A stretch of 48,704 nt of DNA from Octopus sinensis (GCF_006345805.1 NW_021834645.1:1-48704); one strand, 5' to 3'; positions 1 to 11,786 are shown, counted from the first letter of the stretch. Translations and numbers: made by a program. The notes: generated from the letters alone by a model not told the origin.

Positions 1-90
1 AAAGAAAGGAAGAAAGAAAGAAGAAGAAGGAAAGAAGAAGAAAGAAAGAAAGAAGGAAAGAAAAAGAAAGAAAGAAAGAAAGAAAGAAGA
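1..90. repeat. (AAAG)n/(AAG)n purine microsatellite
   Basis: Directly visible; runs off the window start. Confidence 0.95.
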
Positions 91-409
91 ATCGTGTATG
101 CTGATGGTTCAGAAATACTGAAGAAGCAGAGAAACAGGAGATGAAGTGTTCTTTAACACCTGTGAATGAAAATATGTCAAGAGTAAAATTGAGAATAGTT
201 CATTAATTTCTAAGTCAAGGCCGAGTCGTTAATATACCGTGGCTCAATTGACAGAGAGACAGTCGTCGAACTGGAATGTCACGCTAGTGGTCGGATTGTG
301 ATTACGTTTTATTCTGATCATCGAGTCGGTGACATACGGAAGCGATCAACCCAGTCACCCAAACGACAGCTCTGTATATGGACGAATATGGAAATTGTAC
401 AGGTACTGT

Positions 410-864
410 GGTTACGAAAGAAATTCCGAAAATAATATTCGTCATCTTTATAGCACATTCGATCTTGTACATGGAGCTTCATCAGAGTGAATACAAATGC
501 ATAAAATAAATAAACGGAGGGAAGAGGGAAGAAGAAAGAGCAGGGCCTCGAGATGAGACCAGATTTTAATATATTGAGCTTTCTGGCCTCCTCTCGAGGC
601 CCTGTTCTTTCCTCTTCCCTCTTCCCTCTTCCCCTCGTTTATTTTATTTTATGCATTTGTATTCACTCTGATGAAGTTCCATGTACTACATCGAATGTGC
701 TATAAAGATGATGAATATTATTTTCAGAATTTCTCTCGTAAGCACCGACTAACAATGGAGGCGGAAACGGCCGTAAGAAATGTCATGTCATGTTTTGTAT
801 TAAATAAGAAGCAACTGATGTTGGTCAATTTGAGTATTTGTTGATGCAAAATTTACAAATTTAC
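410..864 (+). mobile_element. Foldback (inverted-repeat) retroposed element, probable PLE inverted pLTR, with 18-bp TSD
   Basis: Arms ~410-560 and ~583-745 are reverse complements. AAATTGTACAGGTACTGT occurs at 392-409 and 865-882. A second copy lies at 5800-6333. Confidence 0.75.
664..780 (+). ncRNA. Hammerhead-like motif with long stem II insertion
   Basis: CTGATGA at 668-674, GAAA at 764-767, palindromic stem III ACGGCCGT, GTA cleavage triplet. Stem I is weak (CT/AG). Confidence 0.5.
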
Positions 865-1214
865 AAATTGTACAGGTACTGTAGTAAACCGACAGAGGGC
901 CATAAAAGAAACCAGAGATTATTTGACAAATGTAGAATATGAAACTGGGCGTTATATCGCAAGAGAAAAACGAGAATAGATTTTGTGAGATAATCAGGTA
1001 GCGCTAACTGGTGAAAGAGGGTTTTTTTTTCCTTTGTTATCTCCATTAGTTTATAATCTCTAGCCATCTCAATATCTTTATTCAGCTTTTTGGCTAAAAT
1101 ATGTTTGATAGTTTTCTGCCTAAAACTTGATATTACACTTCTTCATGAAAGGAGCAAATTATATTATTCCAATTTACCAACTAATTGCTGTTACCTATAA
1201 ATACACACAGACAC

Positions 1215-1316
1215 TCACACACACATACATACATACATACATACATACATACATACATACATACATGCATACATACATACATACATACATATGTACGTAC
1301 GTACATACATACATAA

Positions 1317-1347
<31 letters not shown>

Positions 1348-1630
1348 CATACATACGTACATACATACATACACACATACACGCACACATGCATACATAC
1401 ATACATATACACACACACATACACACACACGCATACATACATACATACATACATACATACATACATACATACATACATACACACATACACATACATACAT
1501 ACATACATACATACACAAATACACACACACGCATACATACATACATACATACATACATACATACATACATACATACATACATACATACATACATACATAC
1601 ATACATCATACATACATACATACATACATA
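1215..1630. repeat. (CATA)n microsatellite
   Basis: Directly visible; source of the HTYI/MYVC ORFs. Confidence 0.97.
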
Positions 1631-1844
1631 CGAAATCTGGTCGATAAATATCTGGACTGTTGCCATGGTACCGAAGCTACAGCACGCAGAGTAAAGCCGC
1701 TTTGGACAGATTGACTTTGGACCCTTCTGTGTATGCGCATTAAGTTTTAAGGTTCTAGCTCACTTCCGCTGTTTACAGCAGTGCTCGGAAGGAACGTGTG
1801 AAGCATGTGATCGTCGCATTGACCACGACAGAAAATTGTCATTA

Positions 1845-2430
1845 AGGCGGCGAGCTGGCAGAAACGTCAGCACGCCGGGCGAAATGCCTAGCGGTATTTC
1901 GTCTGCCGTTACGTTCTGATTTCAAATTCCGCCGAGGTCGACTTTGCCTTTCATCCTTTCGGGGTCGATTAAATAAGAACTAGTTACGCATTGGAGTCGA
2001 TATAATCAACTTAATCCGTTTGTCTGTCCTTGTTTGTCCTCTCTGTGTTTAGCCCCTTGTGGGTAGTAAAGAAATAGGTATTTCATCCGTCCCCACGTTT
2101 TGAGTTCAAATTCCACCAAGGTCGACTTCGCCTTTGATCCTTTCGGGGTCGATAAATTAAGTACCAGTTACTCACTGGGTTCGATGTAACCGACTTAATC
2201 CGTTTGTCTGTCGTTGTTTGTCCTCTCTGTGTTTAGCCCCTTGTGGGTAGTAAGGAAATAGGTATTTCGTCTGCCGTTACGTTCTGAGTTCAAATTCCAC
2301 CAATGTCGACTTTGCCTTTCATCCTTTCGGTGTCGGTAAATTAAGTACCAGATGTAATCGACTTAATCCGTTTGTCTGTCCTTGTTTGTCTCCTCTATGT
2401 TTAGCCCCATATGGGCAATAAAGAAATAAG
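1845..2430 (+). mobile_element. SINE family B, full head plus two extra tandem 3' units
   Basis: Head AAGGCGGCGAGCTGGCAGAAACG, B-box-like GAGTTCAAATTCC in the units, core GCCTTTCATCCTTTCGGGGTCGATAAATTAAGTACCAG repeated three times. TSD-like AGAAAATTGTCAT / AGAAAGTTGTCAT. Confidence 0.9.
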
Positions 2431-2439
2431 AAAGTTGTC

Positions 2440-2850
2440 ATCGCGAAACCTGCTCAGAGGTTTACGCAAAGTTGCAGAAAGTGTATGGAGAAGAGTGCAT
2501 GAGCCGCACACAAGTGTACGAGAGGTTCAGATTTTTCAAAGATGGCCGATAAAATGTCAATTGTAACGAACGTTGTAGGAGCCCCGCAAACAGCAGAACT
2601 GAGAAAAACATTGCAGTTGTGCGTGCATCTGTGAGGGGAAATAGTCGAATAACCATCCATGAGTTATCAGAGGATGTGCAGATTAGCTACGGTTTAGTTC
2701 AGTCCATTATCACAGAAGATTTGGGTATGAGACACTTGTCTGCCAAGATTGTGTCAAAACCGCTTTCTGCTGACCAAAAAGACACTTCGGTTTCAATTGC
2801 ACAAGACCTCCGTGATAGTGTCGAGAACGAGGAAAACTTTTTCAAAATTT
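2440..2850 (+). pseudogene. Mariner transposase N-terminal HTH remnant
   Basis: Translates ETCSEVYAKLQKVYGEECMSRTQVYERFRFFKDGR*...RITIHELSEDVQISYGLVQSIITEDLGMRHLSAKIVSKPL. In-frame stop; no catalytic domain. Confidence 0.85.
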
Positions 2851-3122
2851 TGCTTAAACCTCTGAGCAGGTATTGCCAAGCTTTTGGCAAAATTTAATGC
2901 AGATTCTCTGCTCAGCTTTCTCTGTCATGATCAATTCCACGATCACATGCCACAGACTTCCAAACGCTGCTGTAAACAACAGAAATGAATAGAACGTTAA
3001 GACTTAGTGCGCATGCACAGTAGAGTCCAAGTTCAATCTTTGCCCAGAGGCTTCCCTCTGCGTGCTTTACCTTCGTTACTATAATAACAACCCGAATACT
3101 TATTGATCAGACCAGGTATATA

Positions 3123-3263
3123 CATATTCTGTTGTGTCTGGGGAGAGTCATTTTCTTTTTGTGCCTTATAATTTAATACATTCACCGGTAAATTTTACCG
3201 GTGAGTGTGTTAAATTATAAGTGGCAAAAAGAAAATGACTCTCACCAGACACAACAAAATATG
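3123..3263. repeat. ~140 bp near-perfect palindrome
   Basis: CATATTCTGTTGTGTCTGG...CACCGGTAAA TTTTACCGGTG...CCAGACACAACAAAATATG. Confidence 0.9.
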
Positions 3264-4135
3264 CATCAACACACGAACTCATATAAATAATCTTGCAAAC
3301 TAAATCCAAAAATGAAATACGTATATACATATATACATACATACACCATACGTATACACATACGCAGTTATAATAAATTCTCATATACACACGAAGGTAT
3401 ACGCTCACTTACAGATACCTACTTGCAAATGTTTCTGTTTATACGCTGGACGTCCATGTGATTATGCTTGGCCGTATGCATTTATACGAAGAGAAAGAAG
3501 TGAATAGAATTATGCATTGTGCGTTTACTTCGGGAAATAAAGATATTTTCACGCTTAAGTGAAGTGAAATAAACTTCGTACAGACATTCATATGCATTTA
3601 AGACGATATGCAGGGATTACGTAAAGTTTGTATATCTATACATCTCTTAAAGGCTGTATTCAGGTAATTTATGAGGAATGGATTCAATGAAAACTGATTC
3701 CATAATACCAGGAGACCCCAAAAGATTGCTAATTTTTAATCATTTTTACTCACCTTGTATGTAATAAATGAAATATCAAAAGATCACAAGTTTAGATCTA
3801 TGTATAGAATAAGACAGCGTATATGGGAACCCGATTGTGGAGATAGAGCGCAATTTCAGTATCTCGTCCCTTCGGTGATAAATGAAAACAATAAATGCAT
3901 GAATATTTATTAATCCCATTTCAAATTCATTTCATTCAATGCATTTTAATTTATTACATTGCAAATGATCACTACAAATTAACGCATACATGAATATGCG
4001 TGTATGTATGCTTGTATACAAATATGTGAGTGTATCTGTGTGTCTCTGTGTCTCTGTGTCTCTGTGCTATATGCATATAACAATATCGATAAAATTTGCG
4101 GAAAGACCATCGTTATACAACAGTACACACTCACA

Positions 4136-4182
<47 letters not shown>

Positions 4183-4904
4183 TTTATATACACGCTATAC
4201 GTATCGTCGAAGCGAATTTCTCAAATATGCATATGATATAAAACCTTTCATTGTCCATGCTTTACTACCTTACCAATTTTTCATTCTATTTCCTATGTTC
4301 CTATCTCACATTCTGCGTTGAAATTCACACACACACACACACACACAAACACACTAGCACTTATATAAAACACGTATGTATAAGTAGCAGCGTGTGGGGG
4401 TACATATAACCATTCTAGTTTTCTAGTTTATTACATATTCTCATGAATGAAATTGTATGAATTATATCCGTAAACGAAAAGATAATGCGACATTTTGTGG
4501 TAAAAAAAAAAGAAGAAAAAACTAGCGTTCTTTGAAAACGAGTTAAAAGCGGAAGAATTCCCTAAATATCATTTATCTAAGGACATTACGTTTATTCAAA
4601 ATATTGTAGTGGTGACTGACATTTGTATTGTAGAAGAGGTTAAATACTTGCCGACAGAGATGTGTTTGCTCCTCGACTTTGCAGGACAGTTGGCTAAACA
4701 TCAAGTGAGTCTCTGCTGATCCATAAAATGCTTTAAAACGAACGAAAAAATGAAAAAAACAAACAGATAGAATTTTTAAAAAATGAATGATGAAACGGGA
4801 AAACTGAAAGCTGTAATTAATAGAATGACTGGCTGAAATGGTTTTTACTGTAATTGAGAGTTGACCAATAAACGGTGTACAAAGTGGATAGAGAGTGTTC
4901 GATG

Positions 4905-5125
4905 GCCTAAGCAAGCGCATTAGTTTGACGCTCGGGAAAAATGGAAAACTTTTTTTATGTTTCGAGCCTACGCTCTTCGACAGTAAGAAATAAGAGGAAA
5001 CAAATAGAGAGAGAATGAAAAGGAACCGTGTTGAGTTCAATGCTCCAACACGGCGTATGATAGGAAGAAAAGAGATTGAATGAAAGGGAGTAATAATAAA
5101 AGTGTGGTTAAATAGATAAGGATAT
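4905..5125 (-). mobile_element. PLE 3' end/pLTR fragment related to the element at 28870-30570
   Basis: Minus strand CTGTCGAAGAGCGTAGGCTCGAAAC...CCCGAGCGTCAAACTAAT matches 30440-30508. Abuts (TA)n. Confidence 0.65.
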
Positions 5126-5152
5126 GTATATATACATACATATATATGTATG

Positions 5153-5225
<73 letters not shown>
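5125..5225. repeat. (TA)n microsatellite
   Basis: Directly visible. Confidence 0.97.
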
Positions 5226-5226
<1 letters not shown>

Positions 5227-5410
5227 CAACTACAAAATTAGAAATGGAGAAACATACTTAATCAATCAAACATCAACCATCAGATGATACCCAAACAATA
5301 CTTTATTACACCATTACATAACAGTAAAGGCATTATACAAAATATACTGTAAATATAATTAGACAAGGAAATAGAAACATAAAATATAATATAATATGTA
5401 ATTATATCAT

Positions 5411-5525
5411 ATCTGACAGCTGTTTCGGCAATAAGGGCAAGCATGCCTCATTTAACCCATAAGCCATATAAGGCAGGTATAAATGAACATTAACAAAGAT
5501 GCCCCACGGCCTCTTCAGAGAATTT
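5411..5525 (-). ncRNA. Type I hammerhead ribozyme candidate with extended stem II
   Basis: Minus strand TCT-CTGAAGA-GGC...GCC-GAAAC-AGCT-GTC^AGA: canonical core, palindromic stem III ACAGCTGT, GUC triplet, stem I TCT/AGA. Confidence 0.7.
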
Positions 5526-5799
5526 AATAATTTAATTGTGAAAAAATTATTTTTTCCATATACATATAAATATAAAAATGTAATATATATATATATACGT
5601 ATGTATGTATGTGTGTATGTATAAGCAGAGTCAGCGGTTGTTATAACCGCCTAAGGCATGATAGTATCCGTTCTTACTATCGGTACCAATTTCCTATACT
5701 ATCCCAGGGCATGGGTACGCAGGCACACTATGCTGATAGGTAACAACAGAATAAACTAAAGTTCATCACGAATCAAAATTAAATAGTAAAAAAAAATAG

Positions 5800-6333
5800 A
5801 GAAAACTTTCCATCAACAAACAAGCAAATCGACCAACATCGGTTGATTATTTTTTTTACTACAAACATGATATAACATATCTTACAGCCGTTTCCAATGA
5901 TAGACGGTGGTTACGAAAGAAATTCCGAAAATAACATTTGTCATGTTCATAGCAAATTGGATGTAGTACATGGAGCTTCCTTAGAGTGATTACAAATGCA
6001 TAAAATAAAATAAACGACAGGAACAGGACCTCGGGATGAGGCCAGATTTTAATATATTGAGCTTTCTGGCCTCCTCTCGAGGCCTTGTTCTTTCCTCTTC
6101 CCTCTTCCCTTCCTTTATTTAATTTTACGCTCTTGTATTCACTCTGATGAAGCTCCATGTACAAGATCGAATGTGCTATGAACATAACGAATATTATTTT
6201 CGGAATTTCTGTCGTAAGCACCGACTGACATTGGAAGCGGAAACGTCCGTAAGAAATGTTATGTCATGTTTTGTATTAAATAATAGTCAACCGACGTTGG
6301 TCAATTTGTTTGTTTGTTGATGGAAAGTTTTCT
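5800..6333. mobile_element. Second, longer copy of the foldback element at 410-864 (hammerhead-like motif at 6144-6255)
   Basis: GAAAACTTTCCATCAACAAAC at left and GTTTGTTGATGGAAAGTTTTC at right; same central AGATTTTAATATATTGAGCTTTCTGGCC spacer. Confidence 0.8.
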
Positions 6334-7284
6334 TCATTTTCTCATATATATATATATATATATATAACATACATACATGTACATACTTCCATATATATGT
6401 ATATATATATATAATGTAAATAATATACATATATATGTATATATATATATATATAATATAAATAATATATATATGCAAGTATACATACATCCATGTACAT
6501 ACGTCATATATATGTATAAACACATGCATATATGGGTACAGAATGTCAATAACCATAAACAACATGAAAAACGAGAACATGAAATACGAAAAAAATGGAA
6601 AACAAATTTTTTTGCGAACAACGAAAGAAACAAATAGAAAAACAAGACAGGCAACATAAAAAATCCCTCCATCAGCTGTCTACTGTTTTAGCTACTCCAC
6701 ATTTCGAACATTAGGACGAGATGCGTTTTCGTCAAAACTGTTGCTCCCGCAAAGCAAATTCAATAAAATTTGGGATTTGCGGAGAGTCAAAGGTGGTAAC
6801 AAAAACAGGACAGTGAAAACAAACGGTAAGGGCAGTTAAGCCATAATGAGGAGAAGTTGTGGATGCTGGAGAAAGCAGCTATGACATGAGACAGACAAAA
6901 ATGCGTGCTATCCATCTAGCTGAACGAGAAGAAAGAAATTCGATTTAGGAAAAGAAAGATGGCCGCTAGTCACGTGTGAGCAGCGAGAGTCAAGTAGTAA
7001 GAGTGAGGGAGAGAAAGGGATATATATATATTTACTCTAGTTAACAATAGTTTCAGCAGCTAAACAATCTTTTCTGGGAAATGTCACATTGTAAAACTGG
7101 CTGGTACATACCGGAATTATAGATGTTAAAGGATTATAAGGCAAATTTTGAATTTGAGAGATGCAGTAAAAAATAATAAATAAATGACGGAAAAGAAAAA
7201 CAAAAAAAATCTACGGACCTTGAGAATTGGAAACACGATGGAATAAATGAAATCAGGTAAGTAAGATTAAGCTAAAAAATTAAT

Positions 7285-7452
7285 CTATTATGAGATGTAG
7301 TGAAGATTATTTACATTATTTACATTTGACGGATATTTTTCCTCATCTTATCTGTTGTTAACAGAAGGTTTCGGCTGGTATACCCTCCAACCTGCAGCAG
7401 GTATCTTGGGGAAATTTCGAATTTGGATTCTCATTCCTAAGGTATTTTTCGA

Positions 7453-7496
<44 letters not shown>

Positions 7497-7569
7497 TCAC
7501 TGCCTGGAATCGAACTCGGAATCTTGGGTGTTAGTAGACCGCGCTCTTAACCACTACGCCATATGCCCG
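7285..7569 (-). mobile_element. tRNA-like head + (AAT)n + degenerate hammerhead composite (copy 1)
   Basis: Minus strand GGGCATATGGCGTAGTGGTTAAGAG...GAGTTCGATTCC, then (AAT)n, then CTGCTGCAGGTTG...CAGCCGAAACC. Colinear with 31525-31809. Confidence 0.8.
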
Positions 7570-8057
7570 TTATACTGCAGACAGCCATGAAATAATGAAG
7601 CTTAAGATATGTGAAGTATGTAGCAGAGAAAGAGTGAGGGGAAATGAAGAGAGGAAACTGAAGGAGAAATTTAAAAAAATGGAGTGAAAAAGAGAAAGGT
7701 AAGGCGACAAAGGAATGCGATTCAGATGCATGGAATGAAGGTAGAAAATCTTACCTTGCCCCTCACTATAGATCGATTGACTTTATCACATACGATCTTC
7801 TTACATCACAGTTTCTGAAACATTTTTGTTATGAATCAAACATTAGAAGTGGACATTGTCTTCTTGGTGTTTTAAATTGATAAGTTCCTCATGCTTTTTA
7901 TCGATCGCTTTTATTGATTTACAAAATTATGATGATGAAATCGAAGATGATAATGATGATAAAGAGAAGGACAAGGAGGAAGAGAAGAATCATGATGATT
8001 TAGTGTAAATTTTATATCTTGAATAGTATTCATTTATCTTGTAGTGTTGTGTGTGTG

Positions 8058-8382
8058 TGAAGGCGCGTGGATTAGTGGTTAGGGTATTTGGTTCACGATC
8101 GTAAGGTCGTGGGTTCGATACCCCGGTGGCGCGTTGTGTCCTTGAACAAGACACTTTATTTCACATTGCTCCTGGCCACTTAACTGGCTAAAATTAGCAG
8201 TGCCTGAAATTTAAAGGGCCAGCCTTGTAACATTCTGTGTCGCACTGAATCTCCTTGAGCCCTGCGTCGAGGGTATGCGTGTCTGTGGAGTGGTCAGACA
8301 CTTCCACGTTCATTTCACGAGCAGGCTTTTCCTTTGATCGGTTCAGCTGGAACACTCTTCGTCGTAACCGACGGAGTGCCAG
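8058..8382 (+). mobile_element. tRNA-derived SINE (family C)
   Basis: A box TGGATTAGTGG, B box GGTTCGATACC, followed by GTGTCCTTGAACAAGACACTTTATTTCAC, which is shared with 31261-31490. Confidence 0.8.
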
Positions 8383-8688
8383 TTTGTAGACTTGTATTTA
8401 CCATTACTTTTTTCTAAATGAGGATGCGTAGGAGGATTTTTTTTACAAGTAAGCTCAAGCCTTTCCGTGACAGACAGTGGAAAGGCGTTCCAATCATGAC
8501 AACACATTTTATTTTTGCAAACTAAGTTGTTTCTCTACGACTACGCTATCCAATGCGTCCTTCCCTAATTTTACTTTCTAAAGCCATCCAGGTTGTGATT
8601 TGAGGGAGGCTTCCTGATAGTTATTTCTAGCAGGGACAAAGACAAACTAGAGGCAACCTCCTAGACAAGCTATAACAATAATGATTAT

Positions 8689-8860
8689 AGGCGCAGGAGT
8701 GGCTGTGTGGTAAGTAGCTTGCTAACCAACCACATGGTTCCGGGTTCAGTCCCACTGCGTGGCATCTTGGGCAAGTGTCTTCTGCTATAGCCCCGGGCCG
8801 ACCAATGCCTTGTGAGTGGATTTGGTAGATGGAAACTGAAAGAAGTCCGTCGTATATATG

Positions 8861-8909
<49 letters not shown>

Positions 8910-9140
8910 GTGTGTTTGTGTGTCTGTGTTTGTCCCCCTAGCATTGCTTGACAACCGATGCTGGTGTGTTTACGTCCCCGTCACTTAGCAGTTCGGCAAA
9001 AGAGACCGATAGAATAAATACTGGGCTTACAAAAAGAATAAGTCTTGCGGGGGGTCGATTTGCTCGACTAAAAAAGGTGGTGCTCCAGCATGGCCGCAGT
9101 CAAATGACTGAAACAAGTAAAAGAGTAAAAGAGTAAAAGA
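8689..9140 (+). mobile_element. tRNA-derived SINE family A
   Basis: GGCGCAGGAGTGGCTGTGTGGTAAG...GGTTCAGTCCC head, internal (TA)n(TG)n, (GAGTAAAA)n tail. About 11 copies in the window. Confidence 0.92.
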
Positions 9141-9647
9141 GAAATAAAGTCGAAGTCGGGAGTAAACAGAAACCAAAACTTCATAAACGCAATCGGAGTG
9201 TATCATCCATTCAGTTAATTGTACTTTCTTCACCTTCTTCAGAGGGTAAAAAAAAAAAAAAACTATAGTAACGTCAGTGATCTCAATAGTTTCTGTTTAA
9301 TGATCAATTAAACATAGTATCGATTATCTAATTACCTATTAAGATTCACGAAATGATCTCCGAAAATTGATTTCTCTTTTGTAGAGACACTGTGCTGCAG
9401 ATTAAAAATGTACAGGCATTTTTCTTATCAAGTTTTTTGCATTAATTAATGTTTACTCGTATTTTTTCACGTTCAGAATATTTCCATTTGTTTTGCATTA
9501 ATTAATATTCATCTACATCAACTTCGCATTAATTAGAGTTAATATTCGGTACGTGTTATCTGACAGTGCGTTTTCGCTCGTATATCTTTGAGCTGATTAT
9601 GAAATAAAAACGTATTTCATTCTCATGTTTTATTTTTTTTGCTACAT

Positions 9648-9693
9648 TCCTCTCTTTCTTTCTTTCTTTCTTTCTTTCTTTCCTTCTTTCTTC

Positions 9694-9763
<70 letters not shown>

Positions 9764-9768
9764 TCTTT
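9648..9768. repeat. (CTTT)n/(CT)n microsatellite
   Basis: Directly visible. Confidence 0.95.
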
Positions 9769-10189
9769 GCATGATGCAGCCTAGAAACAGACATCGATAG
9801 AATATTGATACGCCATTTATCTAATTTATAAATCTGTAATATGGCAAGTCACTGATACAAATCCAAATCTATTGAGGTTTTACGAATGTGTGCTTTCAGT
9901 ACGTGGTTTCTTAATCATTATTGAGGTTATCGACACAAGAGGCTTCAGAAAACCCCTTGATAAGACCCCTTTCCAGATTATTATCGATTAGTACAATCGT
10001 TTGTAATTCATATACACATTACAATATTTTTTTAGAGCCATACTTATATCTGTGTTGCAAGTTACGCCTAGAATGGTTCTATTTCCCCACAAATCATTTA
10101 CTTTGGCGTTAAATCCTTGAGCCACGCACTCTGGTCATGTAACCGTTAGCACACCCTAGGATTACCTGATGCATTGCGATAAGAATTTC

Positions 10190-10765
10190 GTGTGTGTGTG
10201 TGTGAGCGCATGTGTGTATTTTATATGTATGCATGTATGTATATATGTGCGTATATATGTGTATTTATATGAGTCTATGCATGTATATATATATATGTGT
10301 GTGTTTATATATGTTTATGCATGTATGTATATGTGTGTTTGTACGTATGTATGTATGTGTGTATGTATATATGTATACGCGTATGTATACACACATATAT
10401 ATGCATGCATATATATTTATGTATTTGTGTATGTATTCATTATATATGTATGTATAATGCATGCATGCGTATATGTATGTATGTATTTATGAATGTATGT
10501 ATGTATATGTTGGTATGCATGAATGCATGCATGTATATATTTGTATGAATGAATACATGCATCTATGTATGTGTGTATGTATGTATATATGTTTGCAGTG
10601 AGCATGTATGTATGTATGTATGTATGTATGTATGTATGTATGTATGTATGTATGTATGTATGCATGCATGTATGTATGTATGCATGCATGTATGTATGTA
10701 TGTATGCATGTCTCGTATGTATGTATGTATGTATGTATGTATGTATGTATGTATGTATGTATGTT
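10190..10765. repeat. (TATG)n microsatellite, degenerate at left
   Basis: Directly visible. Confidence 0.95.
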
Positions 10766-10766
10766 T

Positions 10767-10960
10767 TCACAATCACCATTTACGTTTGTTTGGACACCTT
10801 GTTCGAATGATCAGAGGATCCCAAAGCAGATGCTGTGTGGTAAACTTGTTTGTAGAAAGCACCCCTAGCAGAAACCAAGACTACGATTTAAGGACTGTGT
10901 GAAGTACTTGTCGAAGACATGTGAGATATGGGAGGTCGATTGTCAAAGCAATGGTTGTTA
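10767..10960 (+). pseudogene. RTE-clade LINE ORF C-terminal fragment
   Basis: Frameshifted HLRLFGHLVRM / DQRIPKQMLCGKL...KPRLRFKDCVK resembles the RTE/BovB motif LRWxGHVxRMxDxRxPKxxLxGEL...RFKDxxK. Confidence 0.75.
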
Positions 10961-11069
10961 TCGCTAGAACTGCAGGAAACAGAAAAAGCCGCTACCACTT
11001 TGTGTTTTCTTCTGAATACGAAAACCACATTAAATTTTTGTATATCGACAAAAATTTACATCATAGTAA

Positions 11070-11290
11070 AGAGAATACAATACTGTAATACAATATATTA
11101 TAATTTAATGGGTTTATAAAACATTAAAAAAGAGAATGTTCATTGTAATATATGATAATTTAATGACATTTTATAACATATTGAAAAAGTCGTTTTATAT
11201 AATGAAACAATAAAGAAAACAGAATATCCATTGTAATATGTTATAATTTAACGGCGTTATATGATATAATAAAAATGTATAATATAACAA
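11070..11290. repeat. Degenerate AT-rich tandem repeat, ~3 units of 60-90 bp
   Basis: AGAAT..(C)ATTGTAATAT..TATAATTTAA recurs near 11072, 11133 and 11221. Confidence 0.55.
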
Positions 11291-11327
11291 TTATGAAATC
11301 AATTATTATTTTAGAAGTGTACTTTTT

Positions 11328-11488
11328 AGGCGCAGGAGTGGCTGTGTGGTAAGTAGCTTGCTAACCAACCACAGGTTCCGGGTTCAGTCCCACTGCGTGG
11401 CATTTTGGGCATGTGTCTTCTTGCTATACCCGGGCCGACCAATGCCTTGTGAGTGGATTGGTAGACGGAAACTGAAAGAAGCCTGTCG

Positions 11489-11552
<64 letters not shown>

Positions 11553-11786
11553 ACAAGTGTGTGTGTATATGTTTGTGTGTCTGTGTTTGTCCCCCTAGCA
11601 TTGCTTGACAACCGATGCTGGTGTGTTTACGTCCCCGTCACCTAGCGGTTCGGCAAAAGAGACCGATAGAATAAGTACTGGGCTTACAAAAAGAATAAGT
11701 CCTGGGGTCGATTTGCTCGACTAAAGGTGGTGCTCCAGCATGGCCGCAGTCAAATGACTGAAACAAGTAAAAGAGTAAAAGAGTAA
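11328..11786 (+). mobile_element. SINE family A
   Basis: Full head, internal (TA)n, tail. Confidence 0.92.

Larger units (their letters stand above)
1631..3116 (+). mobile_element. Internally deleted mariner element with long imperfect TIRs, interrupted by a SINE array
   Basis: TA-CGAAATCTGGTCGATAAATATC at left and GAATACTTATTGATCAGACCAGG-TA at right. Inverted similarity extends ~180 bp (e.g. CTGTTTACAGCAG / CTGCTGTAAACA). Confidence 0.8.

Noticed and set aside
1127-1714. HTYI/MYVC ORFs here and at 10.2-10.9, 37.9-38.6 and 47.6-48.0 kb
   Set aside because: Microsatellite translations.
3608-3760. Possible Tc1/mariner MITE ending TACTCACCTTGTA
   Set aside because: No convincing matching left TIR.
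6690-6745. Hammerhead-like TTTGACGA...GAAATGTG on the minus strand
   Set aside because: Core and stems are too degenerate; the region may be a PLE end but I cannot support it.
7495-7567. Possible tRNA genes here and at 8058, 8689, 31735 and 36590
   Set aside because: A and B boxes are present but acceptor stems do not pair and each continues into a repeat body; these are SINE-type heads.
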